The translations under genes were made by a program, and so were the position numbers. 45,226 nt of DNA, from positions 1-45,226 of the IMG/VR virus record IMGVR_UViG_3300045988_098743. One strand, 5' to 3'. This document shows, piece by piece, positions 8,857 through 17,643 of the stretch; position 1 is the stretch's first letter; each line of letters opens with the position of its first letter. Origin of the DNA: a virus. Under the pieces are notes generated by a model. The model was not told where the DNA came from, ran no database searches, and worked only from the letters and a program-made list of their open reading frames with translations.

Positions 8857-9192
8857 CTATTTTATGCTTTTGTCTTTACTTTTACCACTTGATAAGAATG
8901 TTACTTTTTCTGCTACTACTTCTAATTTTTGTTTGTTTGTTTCCCCAATTATTATCATTTGAAGTCTTCCCTTTATTCCCACCATATCACCTTTATGACA
9001 ATACTCTGCGGTGTTCTCGGCAACACCACTCCATAATTTGACTGGTATAAAATCAGTTTCATAAATTCCATCAACATTTTTCCAACTTCTTGGTACTGCT
9101 AAAATTAAATCACTTACTCTTTTTCCACTTTCTAAACTTTTTATTTCAGGGTCTTGAACTAAACGACCGACTAATACTATTTGATTTAACAT
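8857..9192 (-). CDS. SSB-like OB-fold protein (second paralog, no acidic tail)
   Basis: IVLVGRLVQDPEIKSLESGKRV...DFIPVKLWSG...KGDMVGIKGRL pattern. Confidence 0.6.
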   Translation of the reverse strand: MLNQIVLVGRLVQDPEIKSLESGKRVSDLILAVPRSWKNVDGIYETDFIPVKLWSGVAENTAEYCHKGDMVGIKGRLQMIIIGETNKQKLEVVAEKVTFLSSGKSKDKSIK

Positions 9193-9428
9193 TTTTGTTC
9201 CTCCTCTTTTTTTTCATATAATTTAGCATTTTCCCATTGTCTATTTGCAATACACCACAATGTTTTTATTGTCCATCTACAAGCATCTATATCATCTGTT
9301 TTCCCAAAATAACATTTTTCTTCATTATCCCAAATTAACACTATATCTAACTCTCCCCATTTTAGAAATAATGATTTATGATTTATAAGCCTCTCTTTCA
9401 ATTTCATCAAGTTCTCTTTGTTGTTCAT
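9186..9428 (-). CDS. hypothetical protein (80 aa)
   Basis: ORF track; true start may be a downstream Met. Confidence 0.4.
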   Translation of the reverse strand: MNNKENLMKLKERLINHKSLFLKWGELDIVLIWDNEEKCYFGKTDDIDACRWTIKTLWCIANRQWENAKLYEKKEEEQKC

Positions 9429-10086
9429 AACTTAATTCACTCTCCTTTTTTTGGATATCTTTGCCAAACCATTCTGGTAATTGTTCTGTGCTTCTTTCAT
9501 TTAAATAACTTTCAAACTTCGTGCCAAACAAAGTTTCTGGTCTTAAATACCTAGACATTTTGACATTATCTTTCCATTCACAAGTTTTATTATTTATAAC
9601 TTTTTTAAAATCATCATAATTAAAACCCTCTTTTAATCTGGCATTTATCAATGCTTTTGTTTTTGGCGTTGTAGATCTAAAATTACATCCTGTTTTTTCG
9701 TTTAAATAGGCTATTATATTATTTATTATATTAGTATTATTATATATTATATTATTGTGTAAACTTTGTTTACCTGTTTCAAGTAAACTTTGTTTACCTA
9801 TTAAGTAAACTTTGTTTACATGTTCTGGTACTCTATATTTTATATATTTCCCATCTTTTTTTGCTTCAATAAAACCTTTATTTAACAAAGATTTTAAATT
9901 TTTCATCACCCCTTGCCTCGTAGAGTTTACCCATTCAGCTAAATATTCAATTCCTCCACTATAATACTGATTAGTTGTTTGACTAAATCCATAAATTATA
10001 GCAAAAACTGATAATTCATTGCCTTTTAATTTAAGGTCGCTAACCATCCAACCTTGTATTAAAATATAATTGTCTTGTCTTATCAT
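9376..10086 (-). CDS. phage replisome organizer / replication initiation protein
   Basis: N-terminal ILIQGWMVSDLKLKGNELSVFAIIYGF (replisome-organizer N-domain) and conserved phage C-terminal domain (NIIAYLNEKTGCNFR...). Confidence 0.7.
   Translation of the reverse strand: MIRQDNYILIQGWMVSDLKLKGNELSVFAIIYGFSQTTNQYYSGGIEYLAEWVNSTRQGVMKNLKSLLNKGFIEAKKDGKYIKYRVPEHVNKVYLIGKQSLLETGKQSLHNNIIYNNTNIINNIIAYLNEKTGCNFRSTTPKTKALINARLKEGFNYDDFKKVINNKTCEWKDNVKMSRYLRPETLFGTKFESYLNERSTEQLPEWFGKDIQKKESELSYEQQRELDEIEREAYKS
9759..9819. repeat. three 22-24 bp tandem iterons GTAAACTTTGTTTAC (each an inverted repeat) inside the replisome organizer gene, next to an AT-rich tract; putative origin
   Basis: Iteron copies at 9759-9773, 9783-9797 and 9805-9819. 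Pure A/T run at 9711-9758. Confidence 0.6.
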
Positions 10087-10088
10087 TA

Positions 10089-10286
10089 CTATTTGTCCTT
10101 TCTGATAAAGTATTCTTGTATTTCAGCATTTGCATTCAAATACTTTGTTATGCAAAATGCTAATACTTTAGGACATAATTTTTTTCTATTTAATACATTT
10201 GTTAAATGGCTTCTAGTTACTCCTATTTCTCTGCCTGCTTTTGCTTTATTGATGTTTAATTCAACATCATCTCGGAACTCATACAT
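10089..10286 (-). CDS. Cro/CI-type (XRE) helix-turn-helix DNA-binding protein
   Basis: 65 aa, GREIGVTRSHLTNVLN HTH; AGGAGG Shine-Dalgarno. Confidence 0.7.
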   Translation of the reverse strand: MYEFRDDVELNINKAKAGREIGVTRSHLTNVLNRKKLCPKVLAFCITKYLNANAEIQEYFIRKDK

Positions 10287-10316
10287 GTTAACCTCCTTTC
10301 TATTTTTAGTAATTTA

Positions 10317-10346
10317 ATTATACTATTTTTCTATGCAAAAGTAAAC
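10317..10346 (-). promoter_or_regulatory. sigma-70-like promoter for the Cro-like gene (TTTACT-N17-TATAAT)
   Basis: -10 at 10322..10317, -35 at 10345..10340, directly after the terminator. Confidence 0.45.
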
Positions 10347-10355
10347 AATTTTTTT

Positions 10356-10380
10356 AAAAAAAGGGTAATAAATTTACCCT
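10356..10380 (-). terminator. intrinsic terminator after gene 10381..11049
   Basis: AGGGTAA-TAAAT-TTACCCT hairpin followed by TTTTTTT on the minus strand. Confidence 0.6.
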
Positions 10381-11049
10381 TTATAATCTTTCTATTAATT
10401 TTTCATAAAGCATAATTCTTCTTTTTAAAGTTGCAATTCTTTTTTCTTGTTTTTCTATTTTTGCTTGCATTTCTTTTACAACGGCAAAGTCCTTAAGTTT
10501 AACTTCTACATCAATTTTAACTGCTTCCTTTTTCTTATTATCACTTTTAACCGTGTTTTTAGCCTTATCTAAAGGTTTTTCTTCCTTTTCTTTAGTATTT
10601 ATAGTTTCATTTGGTTTTTCTTCTTTAACGGCTTCTTTTTGTGTTTTATCACTTTCTAATTTTTTATTAAGTGGATTGGTAATAAAATCATATAACTTAA
10701 TTTTTGTTTCATCACTAACAGGTCTAGTTTTTGTAATCATGCAAGAAATAGTTCCTTGTGAAGTTCCTATTTTTTTTGCAACTTCTCTTTGTGTATATCC
10801 TAAGTCTGTTATTTTTTTCATTAAAGTTTTATCTTCAACCATCTTGTTAATTTTGTTTACTTTAATTGCATCATTAAAATTAATTTCTTTATTTCTTTTT
10901 AAAATATTCATAAATTTGTCTAGCATATTTCCCTCCAAGTTTCTTTTTCCATCTTCTATTTCTTTATAAGTTTTTTCATCAATGCCTAATTCTTTAGCCA
11001 TTGTATAAAATTTTATTTGTGCTTTTTGTCTTTTATATTTATATTTCAT
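10381..11049 (-). CDS. DNA-binding protein with two XRE-type HTH motifs
   Basis: FYTMAKELGIDEKTYKEIEDG and LGYTQREVAKKIGTSQGTIS motifs. The start at 11049 (MKYKYKRQ) overlaps the upstream stop; the track start at 11133 is probably too long. Confidence 0.55.
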   Translation of the reverse strand: MKYKYKRQKAQIKFYTMAKELGIDEKTYKEIEDGKRNLEGNMLDKFMNILKRNKEINFNDAIKVNKINKMVEDKTLMKKITDLGYTQREVAKKIGTSQGTISCMITKTRPVSDETKIKLYDFITNPLNKKLESDKTQKEAVKEEKPNETINTKEKEEKPLDKAKNTVKSDNKKKEAVKIDVEVKLKDFAVVKEMQAKIEKQEKRIATLKRRIMLYEKLIERL

Positions 11050-11800
11050 CAATAATCTCCTCTTCCTTTTCTTCTGGTAAGTACGGTTCATCTTCAATTT
11101 TGCTATATTTATATTCATATGGCATATATTCATAGTACTCTGGTTCTTTTACAACATCATCTAAGATATTCTTTACTTTATCAATCGTTTTTTGCATAGC
11201 ATTTATATTTATAGTTTCTGCTAATGTATGTTCACGATTATAACCTATACTTAAATTTACTGATGCTATTTTCCATCTTTGTGATAAAACTACTATATCA
11301 GTAAATGTTCCGTAATTTTCTTCAAAACCAAAACTTGATATATAATTTTTAAAATCTTTGTTGTTGCAATCATAAAATACGCAATCTTTAGTTCCTCTTC
11401 TATCTAATTCTATTAAGAACATTACATCAGGCATAATTAATTTGTTTATTGCTTTTCTTGTTCCGACGCTATCAATTTCTTCATCTTCTACAAATAATAC
11501 ATGTGGTTTGTGTGTTTTTAATATTTCCATAATAGAATAAACACCACATCTATCATCCCCACCTATTCCTTGTGGACTCCACAAAGTTGTTTCTTTTTCA
11601 TCAAAGTATATTTCTTCTGGTTGTGTTTTATGGACTGTGTCTAAATGAGCAATTAACATAACTGGAATATCTCCCTCGCCATATACATAACCATCACCTA
11701 TTTTAACATCATAATTTTTATTTATTAAATAAAGTAAACATGTCTTTTTTAAATTTTTTTGGTCCATCTTTAAAAGAGTTTTAAAAGCATTTAATTCCAT
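11039..11800 (-). CDS. putative Zn metallohydrolase, M42/M28-peptidase-like
   Basis: AHLDTVH and GGDDRCGV motifs resemble the HxD and DDRxG metal ligands of M42/M20/M28 families; the protein is shorter than canonical members. Confidence 0.4.
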   Translation of the reverse strand: MELNAFKTLLKMDQKNLKKTCLLYLINKNYDVKIGDGYVYGEGDIPVMLIAHLDTVHKTQPEEIYFDEKETTLWSPQGIGGDDRCGVYSIMEILKTHKPHVLFVEDEEIDSVGTRKAINKLIMPDVMFLIELDRRGTKDCVFYDCNNKDFKNYISSFGFEENYGTFTDIVVLSQRWKIASVNLSIGYNREHTLAETININAMQKTIDKVKNILDDVVKEPEYYEYMPYEYKYSKIEDEPYLPEEKEEEIIDEI

Positions 11801-13128
11801 ACATCATTACACTCCCCACATACTATATCATCTAAATCATTTATTTTAGGCAAATCACATGTTCCAGTAGTAATTCCACACATTTTATTAACATCATATT
11901 TGTTTATAATAGATTTGCATCCAACTCTACCAATATCATTATACATATTATAATAACAAACACTTACTGCATTTGTATTATTTGAAATTAACCATTTATT
12001 TTCAACACCTAATTGTTTTGACATAAGTTTTTCATAAATTTCTCTAACTTTTTCACTTATTTTTTCGTCTGAATATGGATATTGTAAAGAGAAAACTATT
12101 CTTGAATTTGTTTCACTTATATAAGCCATTTGACGCCAGCTTTTATTATTCCATTTAAATGGAACACTACTAAACACATATTCAGTATCTTTATCTTTTG
12201 CAACATAATTTACTAATGATGTTTTATCTAACATTAGTGAATAACCAGCATTTCTATATTCCCCATCTATAAAATTATGGCAACTTCTCCAAGCCTTATT
12301 TATTGATGTTGTTAAAAAGTCATTTGGGTCAATAGATATACTTAAATCAACCTTATTTTTTGTTTGATATAATTTAGAAACAGCCATATCTAAATCTTTA
12401 TTTCCATAAAGTGCCAATATTCTTGTTATTTTCATACCACGTTTTACTTTTGTGCATCTATTAAACAATCCTGACTCTCCATGATAACTATTCTCTTTCC
12501 AACTTTGTCTTCCAAAATTATATATTATATCATTATAAAGTGGGAATTCATTTGCTAAATTATGTAAAAATTCATTCATTTCAGTATCTGTTTTTTCTGC
12601 TTCAATTTTCTTTGTAACTTTCAACTTTCTTCCTAATAATACATAAAATCTAAATTTTGCTTTTGCCCACATTTCTAATATTTTATGTATTTTTTTGTCA
12701 TCTATTTCTACTGATAAATCCTGTTGATAATAAATTCGTGCTTTAAATATATTTTTTAATGTTTCTATATCTACTTTAGAAATCATTTCTTCTATATCTT
12801 TATCAGTTGGTTCACCAACATCTAACTTTATTTCTTTCTCTTCACTTTCCGTTTCATCGGTATCAGTTTTTTCTTCTACTTCAAAGCAATCCCCTGTGAA
12901 CCACCAAGTAGTAGGCATGCTTGGATCTTTAATCCCATAGATATCTCCATCTGTTCTTTCTTCTGCTTCTTTTATTTTAAATTCTCCACCTGCCATGTTT
13001 AACATTTCAAATGAAACTTCTAAAGAAGATCTAGCTCCAAAACTTTTTTTTATTTCATCGGCACTTTTTAATACAACCGTATCCCCTACATTAAATCTTC
13101 CATTTTGTACTTGTTCTTGTTCTTCCAT
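11791..13128 (-). CDS. hypothetical protein (445 aa) with acidic linker and C-terminal Cys cluster
   Basis: ORF track; no recognisable family; CGITTGTCDLPKINDLDDIVCGEC near the C-terminus. Confidence 0.6.
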   Translation of the reverse strand: MEEQEQVQNGRFNVGDTVVLKSADEIKKSFGARSSLEVSFEMLNMAGGEFKIKEAEERTDGDIYGIKDPSMPTTWWFTGDCFEVEEKTDTDETESEEKEIKLDVGEPTDKDIEEMISKVDIETLKNIFKARIYYQQDLSVEIDDKKIHKILEMWAKAKFRFYVLLGRKLKVTKKIEAEKTDTEMNEFLHNLANEFPLYNDIIYNFGRQSWKENSYHGESGLFNRCTKVKRGMKITRILALYGNKDLDMAVSKLYQTKNKVDLSISIDPNDFLTTSINKAWRSCHNFIDGEYRNAGYSLMLDKTSLVNYVAKDKDTEYVFSSVPFKWNNKSWRQMAYISETNSRIVFSLQYPYSDEKISEKVREIYEKLMSKQLGVENKWLISNNTNAVSVCYYNMYNDIGRVGCKSIINKYDVNKMCGITTGTCDLPKINDLDDIVCGECNDVWN

Positions 13129-13130
13129 TT

Positions 13131-13274
13131 TTATTTCTCCCTCTGTATTTTATTTAATTTTTCTATTAATGCTATTCTCAATAATGATGATTTTGATATT
13201 CCTAACTTTTTAGCATTATCATTTAATGCTTTTTTAAGTTCAGGTTCTAATTTAAATGTCATAGTTATCTTCAT
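13131..13274 (-). CDS. ribbon-helix-helix (CopG/Arc-like) protein, 47 aa
   Basis: MKITMTFKLEPELKKALNDNAKKLGISKSSLLRIALIEKL. ATG 13274..13272 lies 8 nt after GAGGGGG. Not in the track because it is under 60 aa. Confidence 0.55.
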   Translation of the reverse strand: MKITMTFKLEPELKKALNDNAKKLGISKSSLLRIALIEKLNKIQREK

Positions 13275-13353
13275 CTAATCACCCCCTCTATTTAATTTTA
13301 GATGTCCTATGCTTATTATCCCCAGCAAATTACATCACCTCACTTTCTTTTAT

Positions 13354-13614
13354 CTATTGTGCATTTCTTAAACAATATGCTTTACTATTTCCATTTTTAA
13401 GACACGTATCAACGTCTTTTAAGGTTTCATGATTAATTACACTACCTAACATATAAACAAGGCTTATGCAGGCTAAAACCCATATTAGAGTGCATATTAT
13501 TTCTTTTTTTCTTTTCTTTTTATTATTTTTAACAAATTCTTTATGTTTTTCTTCATAATTTTTATTTATAAATTCTAAAACCTTTTTATCTTCCATTTTA
13601 AAAATCCCTTTCAT
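13354..13614 (-). CDS. small membrane protein (86 aa)
   Basis: Basic stretch then TM helix ICTLIWVLACISLVYMLG. Confidence 0.5.
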   Translation of the reverse strand: MKGIFKMEDKKVLEFINKNYEEKHKEFVKNNKKKRKKEIICTLIWVLACISLVYMLGSVINHETLKDVDTCLKNGNSKAYCLRNAQ

Positions 13615-13837
13615 TCATTCCTACAATTTCATATTTGCTTTTTGGCTTATAATAATTATCTCTTTGTTCTTTTTCATCTTCTAGTTTTTCTTGAAGTTTA
13701 TCATATTCAACTAATAAATCTTCTATTGCATTTTTTAATTCTTTTATATCTACTAGTTTATCTTTTCTATTAAATGTTTCTCCTGTAATAAGTTCAATAT
13801 CTTTTATTGTTTGTTCTTTCATTTCTAAATATATCAT
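13598..13837 (-). CDS. hypothetical coiled-coil protein
   Basis: Start moved to MIYLEM (13837) with an AAGGAAAGGA Shine-Dalgarno; the track start at 13882 would overlap the promoter -10. Confidence 0.5.
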   Translation of the reverse strand: MIYLEMKEQTIKDIELITGETFNRKDKLVDIKELKNAIEDLLVEYDKLQEKLEDEKEQRDNYYKPKSKYEIVGMNERDF

Positions 13838-13872
13838 TTTTTCTCTGTCCTTTCCTTTTTTATTACAGTTAT

Positions 13873-13910
13873 ATAATAACACTTTTTAAATACTTTGTAA
13901 ATACTTTTTT
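13873..13910 (-). promoter_or_regulatory. conserved early promoter, copy 2
   Basis: -35 TTTACA at 13901..13896, 17-nt spacer, -10 TATTAT at 13878..13873. Same AAAAAAGTATTTACAAAGTATTTAA block as copies 1 and 3. Confidence 0.55.
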
Positions 13911-14100
13911 ATAAATTTTTTAATTTTTTTTCAAACTCTTCAATTAATCTTGGATCACCCATTACTTTAGCCATAGTTAACAAATTATTCATTGTTATTT
14001 TGTACTTGTATTCTAGTATGTTATTTCTTTTAATTACACCACATAATTTTATAACCAATATTATGCTTAAACCTATAAAGTAATATATCATTTGTTCCAT
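13909..14100 (-). CDS. small membrane protein (63 aa)
   Basis: ORF track; hydrophobic N-terminus. Confidence 0.4.
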   Translation of the reverse strand: MEQMIYYFIGLSIILVIKLCGVIKRNNILEYKYKITMNNLLTMAKVMGDPRLIEEFEKKLKNL

Positions 14101-14348
14101 CCTAATTCTTCTACTTGTTTATTTATGGCTTGTAATTCTTTTAAAGTAATATATGCTCTATAATATTTATGGCTAAATCCTGCTTCTCCAACATATTTTT
14201 CAACTGTTTTGTCTACTTTGTCAAAGCTTATTGAATGTTGTTCAACGCCACATCTATCACTATCTGTGTATTTTGCATATAAAATACCATCGCAACTTTC
14301 ATCACATTCGTAACCTAGTTCTTCAAATAACTCTCTAGCACTTTTCAT
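14088..14348 (-). CDS. hypothetical protein (86 aa)
   Basis: ORF track. Confidence 0.45.
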   Translation of the reverse strand: MKSARELFEELGYECDESCDGILYAKYTDSDRCGVEQHSISFDKVDKTVEKYVGEAGFSHKYYRAYITLKELQAINKQVEELGWNK

Positions 14349-14545
14349 TATTTATCATCTCCTATTATTTCTATTGCATCCCATTGCAAATTTTTATAAT
14401 TATGTACTCCAATTTTTTCTAGTTTTTGCAATGCTTCATTTTTATCTTTAGCAATTATTTCAACTTTTCTCTTATTCGTTTCATAATTCCAATAACTTCC
14501 ATATTTATTAGTTTCTATAAAATTAAAAATAAATTTATACATCAT
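14348..14545 (-). CDS. hypothetical protein (65 aa)
   Basis: ORF track. Confidence 0.4.
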   Translation of the reverse strand: MMYKFIFNFIETNKYGSYWNYETNKRKVEIIAKDKNEALQKLEKIGVHNYKNLQWDAIEIIGDDK

Positions 14546-14933
14546 TCTCTCCTATTATTTCTTTATATTTTTGTAAAATTTCTTTTGAAGTATTTAATTT
14601 ATTTTTAAACATATTATAATCTTGATTTTTGTCACCTATGCTATTTAATACACATTTTACAGGTGATATTTTTTTATCTTCTAAATAATTTATAAACTCT
14701 TTTTGTTGATTTTTCATAATAACCCACCTTTTCAGATTTTCTTCCGCTACTTTTTTAGTTGCTTCAAGTTGTTTCTTTAATTCTTGAAATAAACCATCTA
14801 AATCAAGACATCTATAACCCTTACAATAAATTTTCTCACAGTTGCACTCAACTACTCTATATGTCCTTTCAAATTCTTCTTCTGTTATTTTATCAATTTC
14901 ACATCTTTGCTTTATAAATTCTTCTCTAGTCAT
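14535..14933 (-). CDS. hypothetical protein (132 aa)
   Basis: ORF track. Confidence 0.45.
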   Translation of the reverse strand: MTREEFIKQRCEIDKITEEEFERTYRVVECNCEKIYCKGYRCLDLDGLFQELKKQLEATKKVAEENLKRWVIMKNQQKEFINYLEDKKISPVKCVLNSIGDKNQDYNMFKNKLNTSKEILQKYKEIIGENDV

Positions 14934-15119
14934 TTACTCATCACCATCTACTTTCTCTACTATTTCATAGTCCAAATGATTACCGATTATTTTAGTGCAA
15001 TAATAATCATAGTATTGCAGTGGTAATGTTGCTTTAGAAATTCCCAAAATTGTACCTTTATACCATATAATCATTCCTTCTGGTAATTCATTTATTTTTA
15101 TTTTATTCATCACTATCAC
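14934..15119 (-). CDS. hypothetical protein (61 aa)
   Basis: ORF track. Confidence 0.4.
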   Translation of the reverse strand: MIVMNKIKINELPEGMIIWYKGTILGISKATLPLQYYDYYCTKIIGNHLDYEIVEKVDGDE

Positions 15120-15486
15120 TCCCTTTTTCTAGTTCTTTCATTTTGCCTAATAATGTTCCATAATCAACCACTAAATAATGTTGTTCTGTATTTTCATTAT
15201 GTTTGTTATAAACAATCCATTCTCTCAACTTATTCCAGTTATCTTTTAGTTGTTTGTTTTCTTTCTTTAACAACTGATTTTTCCAATTAATTCTATCAAC
15301 TACTTTGTCATTGTTTTCTGCATTTTCTTTTAAGATTTTATTTTCTTGCTGTAATTGTTTAATATATTTGTATAATATTTTTTGTTCTTTATATGTAAAT
15401 TCACTTGAATAATCATCGTGTGGTTCTAAACTTGTCGTTTCTAGATAATTTAATATATTATCTAAATCAGTAATTTCTATATTCAT
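15103..15486 (-). CDS. hypothetical coiled-coil protein (127 aa)
   Basis: ORF track. Confidence 0.45.
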   Translation of the reverse strand: MNIEITDLDNILNYLETTSLEPHDDYSSEFTYKEQKILYKYIKQLQQENKILKENAENNDKVVDRINWKNQLLKKENKQLKDNWNKLREWIVYNKHNENTEQHYLVVDYGTLLGKMKELEKGSDSDE

Positions 15487-15785
15487 TCTGATACCTCTTT
15501 TAATATGTCTAATAATTCATATTCAACACCATATTTATTTTCATTCCATTTAGGTTTCAATCTTCTAATATCAGCACATATATTATCATCTTCTAGTAAT
15601 TGAATTACTTTATCTATTACTTCTTTTTTCTCTTTATATTTAATTAATAAATCTAAATAATTATCATATAATTCTTGTATCATTTTTTCTTCTACAGTCC
15701 AAGGAGTATCATTCTCAACATTTCTATGAACAATCATTCTATAGTTTAGAAATTTTCCTATTCGTTCTAATCTTTCTTTATCCAT
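15483..15785 (-). CDS. hypothetical protein (100 aa)
   Basis: ORF track. Confidence 0.45.
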   Translation of the reverse strand: MDKERLERIGKFLNYRMIVHRNVENDTPWTVEEKMIQELYDNYLDLLIKYKEKKEVIDKVIQLLEDDNICADIRRLKPKWNENKYGVEYELLDILKEVSE

Positions 15786-15802
15786 ATTCTTATTTCTTCT
15801 TT

Positions 15803-15937
15803 CTAAAGAGTATCTTCATAACGACTATAAGGTTGTAATATAATTGTTATAGTATTTTCTTCTCTTTTAAAATCTTTAACACAAGCATATTGTTTAATAA
15901 TATTTTTTATAAGTTTTAACACTAATCTTTTATTCAT
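15803..15937 (-). CDS. small ORF (44 aa, MNKRLVLKLIKNIIKQYACVKDF...)
   Basis: ATG 15937..15935 lies after AAGGAG; fills an otherwise empty 140-bp gap; below the track cut-off. Confidence 0.25.
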   Translation of the reverse strand: MNKRLVLKLIKNIIKQYACVKDFKREENTITIILQPYSRYEDTL

Positions 15938-16403
15938 CTAAACCTAACTCCTTTAATGTATATTTCTTATATGCTTTCATACCTTTATACATAGTATTTT
16001 TCTTAAAATTTGGAAGCTGAATTTGTGAATCGTTGGCTATTGTTATGCTTATAAATTCTTCAACTGAAAACCTATTTTTACGTATATATTCAACTTTATC
16101 TCTAAATGGCTTTATTATATTTAATAAGTATTCTTTTTCCACATCATCAAGTGTTTCTTTTTCTACTATATAACCATTTTCAATTTCTAGTGTTCCTGTA
16201 TAATCATTTGGCAATTTCTTAAAGAATGTTTTCTTTGTTACTAGTCTAAAATCATTTGAATTATATGCGCAACATGGTAATTCTTTAAGCATAACATTAC
16301 CATTTTCTCTATAACCATACACAGTATATACAGAACCAATCTTTGTAAGTTGATATCCTCTTCTACGAATACATTTTACTTTATCTCCTACTTTAAATTT
16401 CAT
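15930..16403 (-). CDS. hypothetical protein (157 aa)
   Basis: ORF track. Confidence 0.5.
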   Translation of the reverse strand: MKFKVGDKVKCIRRRGYQLTKIGSVYTVYGYRENGNVMLKELPCCAYNSNDFRLVTKKTFFKKLPNDYTGTLEIENGYIVEKETLDDVEKEYLLNIIKPFRDKVEYIRKNRFSVEEFISITIANDSQIQLPNFKKNTMYKGMKAYKKYTLKELGLDE

Positions 16404-16414
16404 ATTAATCCCTC

Positions 16415-16711
16415 CTAATTTTCATAAATTACTTCTTTGCCATATTCAACAGCAACTTCGTGTTCTATTTTGCAACCTCTTGCTTTTTCCCAACCTTTCA
16501 TAAAAAAGACTACATCTGCTTGAGCTAAATATTCAATACTTTTTGATAAATAATAAATTGGTTCATCAACATTTTTTGGTGCTGTATCGAATACAGTATC
16601 TAATACTATATCTCCATTATTCTCTATTTCTTTTACTAATTGCTCTCTTTCTTTTTTTATTTGTTCATTTGTTTTTCCTCTCATGGGTTGACTTATCATT
16701 ATTTTTTTCAT
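16415..16711 (-). CDS. DUF4406 / nucleoside 2-deoxyribosyltransferase-like protein
   Basis: MKKIMISQPMRGKT...GWEKARGCKIEHEVA pattern. Start set at 16711, 7 nt after GGAGGG, rather than the track's 16765. Confidence 0.55.
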   Translation of the reverse strand: MKKIMISQPMRGKTNEQIKKEREQLVKEIENNGDIVLDTVFDTAPKNVDEPIYYLSKSIEYLAQADVVFFMKGWEKARGCKIEHEVAVEYGKEVIYEN

Positions 16712-16721
16712 AATTTCCCTC

Positions 16722-16940
16722 CTATTTTTCTGGCATAGTGTACACATTAGTTTGTGGTGTATCACTCATTAAATATGCTTGTATTTCATCTAATACTTCT
16801 AATGCTCTTTCACTTGATCTATATTCTCCTAAAGAACACATATCTTCTTCTATTATTTCATTACCATAAGTACCACCTACGTATAATTTACTACAAATAA
16901 CTAATACATTTTTATCTTGACTTCTAATCCATAATTCCAT
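16722..16940 (-). CDS. hypothetical protein (72 aa)
   Basis: ORF track. Confidence 0.4.
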   Translation of the reverse strand: MELWIRSQDKNVLVICSKLYVGGTYGNEIIEEDMCSLGEYRSSERALEVLDEIQAYLMSDTPQTNVYTMPEK

Positions 16941-16943
16941 AAT

Positions 16944-17267
16944 TTAGCCCTCCTTTTGATACGTAATTGGAGTTAACACCTTATTCAATTCATATCGTAA
17001 TTCTTTTAATTTCTTATCACTTATACCTATCCTATTATAAAATTTTTTAAGTTTTTTAAATTCTTTTTCTTTTGTTCCAAAAACTTCAAAATACATCCAA
17101 TGATAGCATATATCTAACGTGAAATATTTTCCTGTAAATATAGTACTCATATTATCACCAACGATATTTCTTGTGTTAAACAAACCACCATCTGCATATT
17201 CATAATTCTTTTTAATTAATCTTCTAATTTTTATAAATTCTTTTCTTCTTTCATCTGACTTTTTCAT
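16944..17267 (-). CDS. hypothetical protein (107 aa)
   Basis: ORF track. Confidence 0.45.
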   Translation of the reverse strand: MKKSDERRKEFIKIRRLIKKNYEYADGGLFNTRNIVGDNMSTIFTGKYFTLDICYHWMYFEVFGTKEKEFKKLKKFYNRIGISDKKLKELRYELNKVLTPITYQKEG

Positions 17268-17275
17268 ATTTTCTT

Positions 17276-17464
17276 TTATTCCTCTACTTTCAACATTATT
17301 TTTTTACTTTCATCCCAATTAATTACATCTATAAAATAAACATCTTTAATTCCTTGTTTTTTATCAGATTTAACTAATTGGTTAATAAATCTTTTAGCTT
17401 CTTTTAAAGTATTAAAGCTTTTTATTTCTCCACTTTCTTCTCCATAAACTATATATTCTATCAT
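17276..17464 (-). CDS. hypothetical protein (62 aa), first gene after early promoter copy 3
   Basis: ORF track; AAGGAAAGGAG Shine-Dalgarno. Confidence 0.45.
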   Translation of the reverse strand: MIEYIVYGEESGEIKSFNTLKEAKRFINQLVKSDKKQGIKDVYFIDVINWDESKKIMLKVEE

Positions 17465-17496
17465 CTTTTTTTCTCCTTTCCTTATATAGTAATTTT

Positions 17497-17534
17497 ATTA
17501 TACTACTTTTTAAATACTTTGTAAATACTTTTTT
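17497..17534 (-). promoter_or_regulatory. conserved early promoter, copy 3
   Basis: -35 TTTACA at 17525..17520, 17-nt spacer, -10 TATAAT at 17502..17497. Confidence 0.55.
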
Positions 17535-17556
17535 GTTAATTTGTGAAAAAAAATTC

Positions 17557-17583
17557 AAAAAAAAGAGAGAGCATACGCTCTCC
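17557..17583 (-). terminator. intrinsic terminator closing the lysis operon / sRNA-like unit
   Basis: GAGAGC-GUAU-GCUCUC hairpin followed by an 8-U run on the minus strand. Confidence 0.65.
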
Positions 17584-17637
17584 AGGGGTCAACGCCACAA
17601 CAAAAAAACAAGCACAATATCCTCTAAAAGAAAGGAC
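17557..17637 (-). ncRNA. candidate ~80-nt small RNA bracketed by a consensus promoter and the terminator
   Basis: The inferred transcription start about 7 nt after the -10 at 17644 and the terminator at 17557-17583 delimit an ~80-nt transcript. No ORF in the interval. Confidence 0.3.
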
Positions 17638-17643
17638 ATCTTA

